Both the position numbers and the translations under genes were made by a program. Shown piece by piece: positions 59,676-64,000 of a DNA stretch of 64,000 nucleotides. This DNA comes from a virus (taxonomy: Duplodnaviria > Caudoviricetes): the IMG/VR virus record IMGVR_UViG_3300031555_004728, positions 211,513-275,512 of that record. One strand, 5' to 3'. The first letter of the stretch is position 1, and each line of letters opens with the position of its first letter. The notes beneath the pieces were generated by a model. The model ran no database searches. It was not told the DNA's origin and was given only the letters and a program-made list of their open reading frames with translations.

Positions 59676-62144
59676 ATGGAGGAAAAGAAGATGGGAAAAA
59701 TTAAATCTTCAAAGGATTTGCTTTCAGAAAAGCATGTTGATCCTAGTTCATTTAATGAACAAATTATTCCTGTAAACATTGCTAAGCAGTCTGAAGAATG
59801 GCAAAAGATTTACGGAGCAAATAAAAACCTCTATAGATATTTTCCATCATTTGTAGATGGATTAAAACCTGTAGAGAGAAGATTCTTATATTCTTTATAT
59901 ATCGATAAAAGATATCATGGTAAAGAATTAAAACTTGCAAGAGCAGGTGCAAATACAGTAGAGTTTCATCCTCATGGTGATGCAAGTATATCAGATGTTG
60001 GTATTGGTATGTCACAACAATGGGTGAATAATGTACCTCTTATTGCAACAGATGGAAACAATGGTTCTATTAAAGGCGATGCTCCTGCAGCACCTCGTTA
60101 TCTTGATATATCTATTAGTGATTTTGCATATGATTGCTACTTTAGTGATTTCAAGAATTCAAGTGTTGACATGAGACTTGCATATACTGGAGAGAGTTAT
60201 GAACCAGTTGTACTACCATCTAAGTATCCAGTAGCAATTATTAACGGTGGATTTTCAAGTATAGGTTATGCTTTTTCTAGCAACGTACCGCCGTTTAATT
60301 TCACAGAAGTATGTGAAGCTATAATTAAATTAATCAAAGATCCAAGTGCTAAAATGGTATTATATCCAGATTTACCTAGTGGTGCTGATATTATCATGAC
60401 AAAGAAAGAAGCAAAAGAGATTTTTGAAAAAGCAGAGCATGATGTAAAAATTAAGATGAGAGCTACACCTCATATTGATTATGTACAAAACACAATCACA
60501 TTTACATCAATACCTATGCAAACAAGCACAACACAAATTATCAGTCAAATTAATACATTAAGAATGGCTGGTAGTTTTGATGAAATTCAAGAAATTAACG
60601 ACTATACGACTGATAAAATTGGATTATTATTAGAAATCGTTTTGAAAGATAAAGTTGGTGATAATCCAGTTAATCCAGATAAAGTTCTTGAGAAACTTTA
60701 TAAGAATAAAACAGGTCTTAAGAAACACAATGCTTGTATGATTACACTTATTGATGAATTTGTTTCTTATGATTATTCGATTAGAAGATTCTTATTAGAA
60801 TGGATTGACTATCGTCGAGATATCGTTAGAGCTAGTCTTAATAACAAACTTGCAAACTTATTAGAGAATCAACATATCAATGATATTAAGATTTTCTTAT
60901 GTAAAGATAAAAATAGTGATTTAATTATCGATATTGCAAAGAAATCAAAAAATATCGATGAATATCGTGAAAACCTCATGAAGAAATTTAATATCACTAG
61001 TTTACAAGCAAGGATTATTTCAGGAATGCCTACATCATCATTTAATGAAGATTCAAGAAAGAATTTCATTAAAGATTCTGAAGAATTAGAAAAAGAAATT
61101 AAAGAGATTTCAAAGATAATTGAATCAGACTCTAAAGTGGATGAAGTTATTATTTCTGAAATGGAAGAAGGAATTAAGAAATACGGAAGAGAAAGATTAT
61201 CAAGAGTTATCAATGATGAAACAGCAGCCTCTATTGACAATAGTTGTATTGTCGGAATTACTGAAGATGGATTTATCAAAAAAATTCTTAAATCAGATTC
61301 TGCAATAGGTTCAGTTTCAAAAGATAATAAGAGTATGATGATGGTTCTTCCAGCAATGGATAGTGATAGTTTACTTTTATTTGATAATAAAGGTAGAAAA
61401 CATCTTATACATGTTTCAGCATTACCACTTCTTAAAGAAAAGAATAATGGTCTTGAGATTGGTAAGTTTATTGATGGATTCACTAAGTCTGATAGAATTG
61501 TATCTGTTAGTGTTATTCCTCGTAATATTGCACAATTACCAGAATTCTTCTATACAATGATTACAAAGAAAGGTATTGCAAAGAGAGTATCGAGTACATC
61601 ACTCATTAAGTCTAAGGACGCTATAACAAATTCAAAAGCAATCATCTTAAATGATAATGATGAACTTGAAGTTGTTATTTGTACAGATACAGATAGTCAT
61701 GATATCATAATCTTTACTGATTATGGTGATGGAATGAGATTACCAATTAGCGAAATACCATTACAATCCCCAGGAAGTAAAGGAACTAAGATTGTAAATC
61801 TTAAAGGTAATGAGAATATTCTCGGTGCAAACATTATTAATCCTAAAGATAAATATCTTGTATATGTAACATCAAGTGGTAAAGTTAAAAGAACAGATTT
61901 GGTTTATTTCCCTCCAATGAAGAAGAAAGATGAACCATTATGTCTTGTTAATTTAGACCCTAATGAATATTTAGTTTCTGTAAAATCTGTAATTGGAAAT
62001 GAGAAACTTACATTCTTTAAGAAGAAATCTGAACAAGAAACTCTTAAAGTAGCAGATATACCTGTTAAAACAAGAGCAGCAAAAGCAGATAAAATGCTTA
62101 AGACTCCTAAGGGAGATGTAATCTTATCAATGATTATAAAATAA
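59676..62144 (+). CDS. gyrA: DNA gyrase/type IIA topoisomerase subunit A
   Basis: DGLKPVERR, HPHGD, AAPRY (catalytic Tyr), C-terminal beta-pinwheel repeats (IT..G..K). Confidence 0.93.
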   Translation: MEEKKMGKIKSSKDLLSEKHVDPSSFNEQIIPVNIAKQSEEWQKIYGANKNLYRYFPSFVDGLKPVERRFLYSLYIDKRYHGKELKLARAGANTVEFHPHGDASISDVGIGMSQQWVNNVPLIATDGNNGSIKGDAPAAPRYLDISISDFAYDCYFSDFKNSSVDMRLAYTGESYEPVVLPSKYPVAIINGGFSSIGYAFSSNVPPFNFTEVCEAIIKLIKDPSAKMVLYPDLPSGADIIMTKKEAKEIFEKAEHDVKIKMRATPHIDYVQNTITFTSIPMQTSTTQIISQINTLRMAGSFDEIQEINDYTTDKIGLLLEIVLKDKVGDNPVNPDKVLEKLYKNKTGLKKHNACMITLIDEFVSYDYSIRRFLLEWIDYRRDIVRASLNNKLANLLENQHINDIKIFLCKDKNSDLIIDIAKKSKNIDEYRENLMKKFNITSLQARIISGMPTSSFNEDSRKNFIKDSEELEKEIKEISKIIESDSKVDEVIISEMEEGIKKYGRERLSRVINDETAASIDNSCIVGITEDGFIKKILKSDSAIGSVSKDNKSMMMVLPAMDSDSLLLFDNKGRKHLIHVSALPLLKEKNNGLEIGKFIDGFTKSDRIVSVSVIPRNIAQLPEFFYTMITKKGIAKRVSSTSLIKSKDAITNSKAIILNDNDELEVVICTDTDSHDIIIFTDYGDGMRLPISEIPLQSPGSKGTKIVNLKGNENILGANIINPKDKYLVYVTSSGKVKRTDLVYFPPMKKKDEPLCLVNLDPNEYLVSVKSVIGNEKLTFFKKKSEQETLKVADIPVKTRAAKADKMLKTPKGDVILSMIIK

Positions 62145-62189
62145 AAATATAGAGTAAGACATTTGTCTTACTCTATTATTTAATAGGAG

Positions 62190-63389
62190 GTGATAAATAT
62201 GAATAAAAATTTCAGTACTAAAAATTCAGCTTATTCAGTTAAAATGAGTGAACTTGATGATGCTATTGGTAGATACGGTGAACAATGGGGTGAACCAGAA
62301 GCTGAACCATTGTATGATGTATTGGAAAGTGTGTCTGATAGATTTCATTTTAGACATGATAATTTTGTAGTAGGTTCCGGTCAACCTAAAAGAAAATTTT
62401 TACCATTTTACTCACATGCTGGAAATGTATTTGATGGTTTGTCAGATTTTGAATCTAATACTATTGATATAGATGATGTTAATGTGGGAGAACTTAATGT
62501 TGGTGTACTTGAACAACTTAAAGAAAGACGTGAAGAAAAATGTCTATATTCAATACCTATTGATTATTCAGTTGATAGTGATGATAATATAGATTATTGG
62601 AAAACATCACCTTTAACAAATCAAAATGTTATCAAATATATAGATAACATAATTGAAGAGTTGTCTAAGAGTATTAATCCTAAATTCTTAATACGATTAG
62701 AGCAACATGTTGATATTTTATCTGGACGAACACGAACTACTACTTTGAACTCTGGAATTTTTGACCCAATGGTAGTTCACAAATTCCAAGATCATGGTAG
62801 AAATTTAATGTTTAGTTGTAGTAGTAACAGATTCACTTTTAATGATATGAAGTATGTATCTAATATACATTCATTAATGTCTGAATTATTGACATATATA
62901 ACTGATATATATCATAAAGAAATGGAGAATGTTGTGAATGATGTATATTTTGGAAAAATCAAATTTGAATCTAATTCATTAAAAGAAAACTTTCATATTT
63001 TAAAAGAATTAGTTGATGATAAGAAAACTCGTAACATGTCACTTACTGAATTTAATTATAAATTTAATACAGTAACACGTAACATGTTTAAAATTTCTTC
63101 TACTATAGCTAATATGTTAAGTAATCGCATTGATAATCAAAAAATTGAAATGTTAATAGATCAATTCATAACACATAAATTCTCAGATTATCCTACAACT
63201 ATTGATATGTATTTGAAAGATAGATTTGTTAGTGCTTTACCTAAGATAATTTTAAATTCACTAAAAACAGATATAAATGTAGATTACAAATCATTTATTA
63301 CAGTACCAGAAGATTTAATCTTTGTGGGAAATAAGTTACCAAAAGCAAAAAGAAGAAAAACTTCTGATTTTATTCCTTCATGGGAATAA
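62190..63389 (+). CDS. Hypothetical protein
   Basis: 399-aa ORF with GGAGG RBS; terminator at about 63394-63424. Confidence 0.75.
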   Translation: MINMNKNFSTKNSAYSVKMSELDDAIGRYGEQWGEPEAEPLYDVLESVSDRFHFRHDNFVVGSGQPKRKFLPFYSHAGNVFDGLSDFESNTIDIDDVNVGELNVGVLEQLKERREEKCLYSIPIDYSVDSDDNIDYWKTSPLTNQNVIKYIDNIIEELSKSINPKFLIRLEQHVDILSGRTRTTTLNSGIFDPMVVHKFQDHGRNLMFSCSSNRFTFNDMKYVSNIHSLMSELLTYITDIYHKEMENVVNDVYFGKIKFESNSLKENFHILKELVDDKKTRNMSLTEFNYKFNTVTRNMFKISSTIANMLSNRIDNQKIEMLIDQFITHKFSDYPTTIDMYLKDRFVSALPKIILNSLKTDINVDYKSFITVPEDLIFVGNKLPKAKRRKTSDFIPSWE

Positions 63390-63433
63390 TATAAAAGAGA
63401 ATAGCGAATTTCGCTATTCTCTTTTATTTTTTA

Positions 63434-63652
63434 TTATTTTACATTTACAGGAATTTTTTGTCCTGCTGTTGATAATGCTTGATATACATTACTGATTTTG
63501 AGAATATTATCAAGCCCCGTAACATTTACTGCATTTAATTGCGTTACAATATTCGCAATAACTGATTCTGGATACATAATATATGGTTCAGATACAGATG
63601 CAGTATTTTCTGTTTCAACTTCATTTGTTACACTTTGGTTTTCATTACTCAT
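63434..63652 (-). CDS. Small hypothetical protein, paralogue of the 13086..13598 N-terminus
   Basis: AGGAGG RBS; AACA-N6-TA at 63679-63690. Confidence 0.7.
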   Translation of the reverse strand: MSNENQSVTNEVETENTASVSEPYIMYPESVIANIVTQLNAVNVTGLDNILKISNVYQALSTAGQKIPVNVK

Positions 63653-63710
63653 TATTACGAAACCTCCTTATCATAAATTACAAATTTGTTTTTTCTTTAT
63701 TACTTTGTAA

Positions 63711-64000
63711 TTATGCTTCAGTTGATAATACATTATACCACATTACATATCCTGTAGAAGGATTTGATGGTTGTGTAGCACTAATAACAGATGCAATATC
63801 AAAACCTAATTTAGCGATTTCTGATTGTGTATGAGTATGATTACTTGCAGCCTTATTATTCAATTGAGTTTGGATATTAGATGTAACACCATCGAGATAG
63901 TTAATTTCATCTGAACTTACATCTATTCCAAAACTAGCTAATGTGTAAGTATTATTTGTATCTTGAGTTGTGATTGTTCCAGTCGTTCCATCACCATATG
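63711..64000 (-). CDS. 3' end of a tail-fibre-like protein; starts beyond the window
   Basis: Hand translation ...GDGTTGTITTQDTN...EINYLDGVTSNIQTQLNNKAASNHTHTQSEI...SATQPSNPSTGYVMWY..*, with typical fibre shaft repeats (HxH). Confidence 0.75.
   Translation of the reverse strand, partial: YGDGTTGTITTQDTNNTYTLASFGIDVSSDEINYLDGVTSNIQTQLNNKAASNHTHTQSEIAKLGFDIASVISATQPSNPSTGYVMWYNVLSTEA

Noticed and set aside
63711-64000. Fibre gene at the window end as the cassette recipient
   Set aside because: The visible 3' portion has neither the 82-bp site nor the QNCN junction; its upstream part is outside the window.
1-64000. Stop-codon recoding to explain the interrupted genes
   Set aside because: Long genes read normally under code 11 with TAA/TAG stops; the breaks in rpoC and gyrB are fully explained by introns.

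Overview
AT-rich window from a jumbo myophage of the phiKZ/AR9(PBS1)-like type. The host is probably an anaerobic Firmicute, suggested by a clostridial-type NrdD and a small ORF resembling a Lachnospiraceae family. The window encodes NrdD, IF-1, an HD hydrolase, a truncated family-B DNA polymerase, tail sheath, tail tube, portal and baseplate proteins, a phage RNA polymerase beta' subunit, guanylate kinase, a kinase-like protein, a tubulin/FtsZ homologue and gyrase B/A. Two closely related group I introns interrupt the beta' catalytic motif and the GyrB ATPase motif; the second carries an HNH endonuclease. Two phage promoter motifs recur upstream of genes (AACA-N6-TA and TATATTAT). The most unusual feature is an 82-bp palindromic site present three times (1445, 1845, and 8925 on the minus strand). 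Each copy is followed, in identical register (TAA|CAA AAC TGC AAC = QNCN), by a reading frame with no start codon at its 5' end; one is recognisably a tail-fibre tip and the other two are homologous to each other. This is a candidate silent-cassette receptor-switching system whose recombinase and recipient gene are not in this window. There are also five candidate structured non-coding RNAs and an inverted-repeat-flanked A-rich tract that may be an origin. All family assignments come from motif recognition by eye; no database searches were run.
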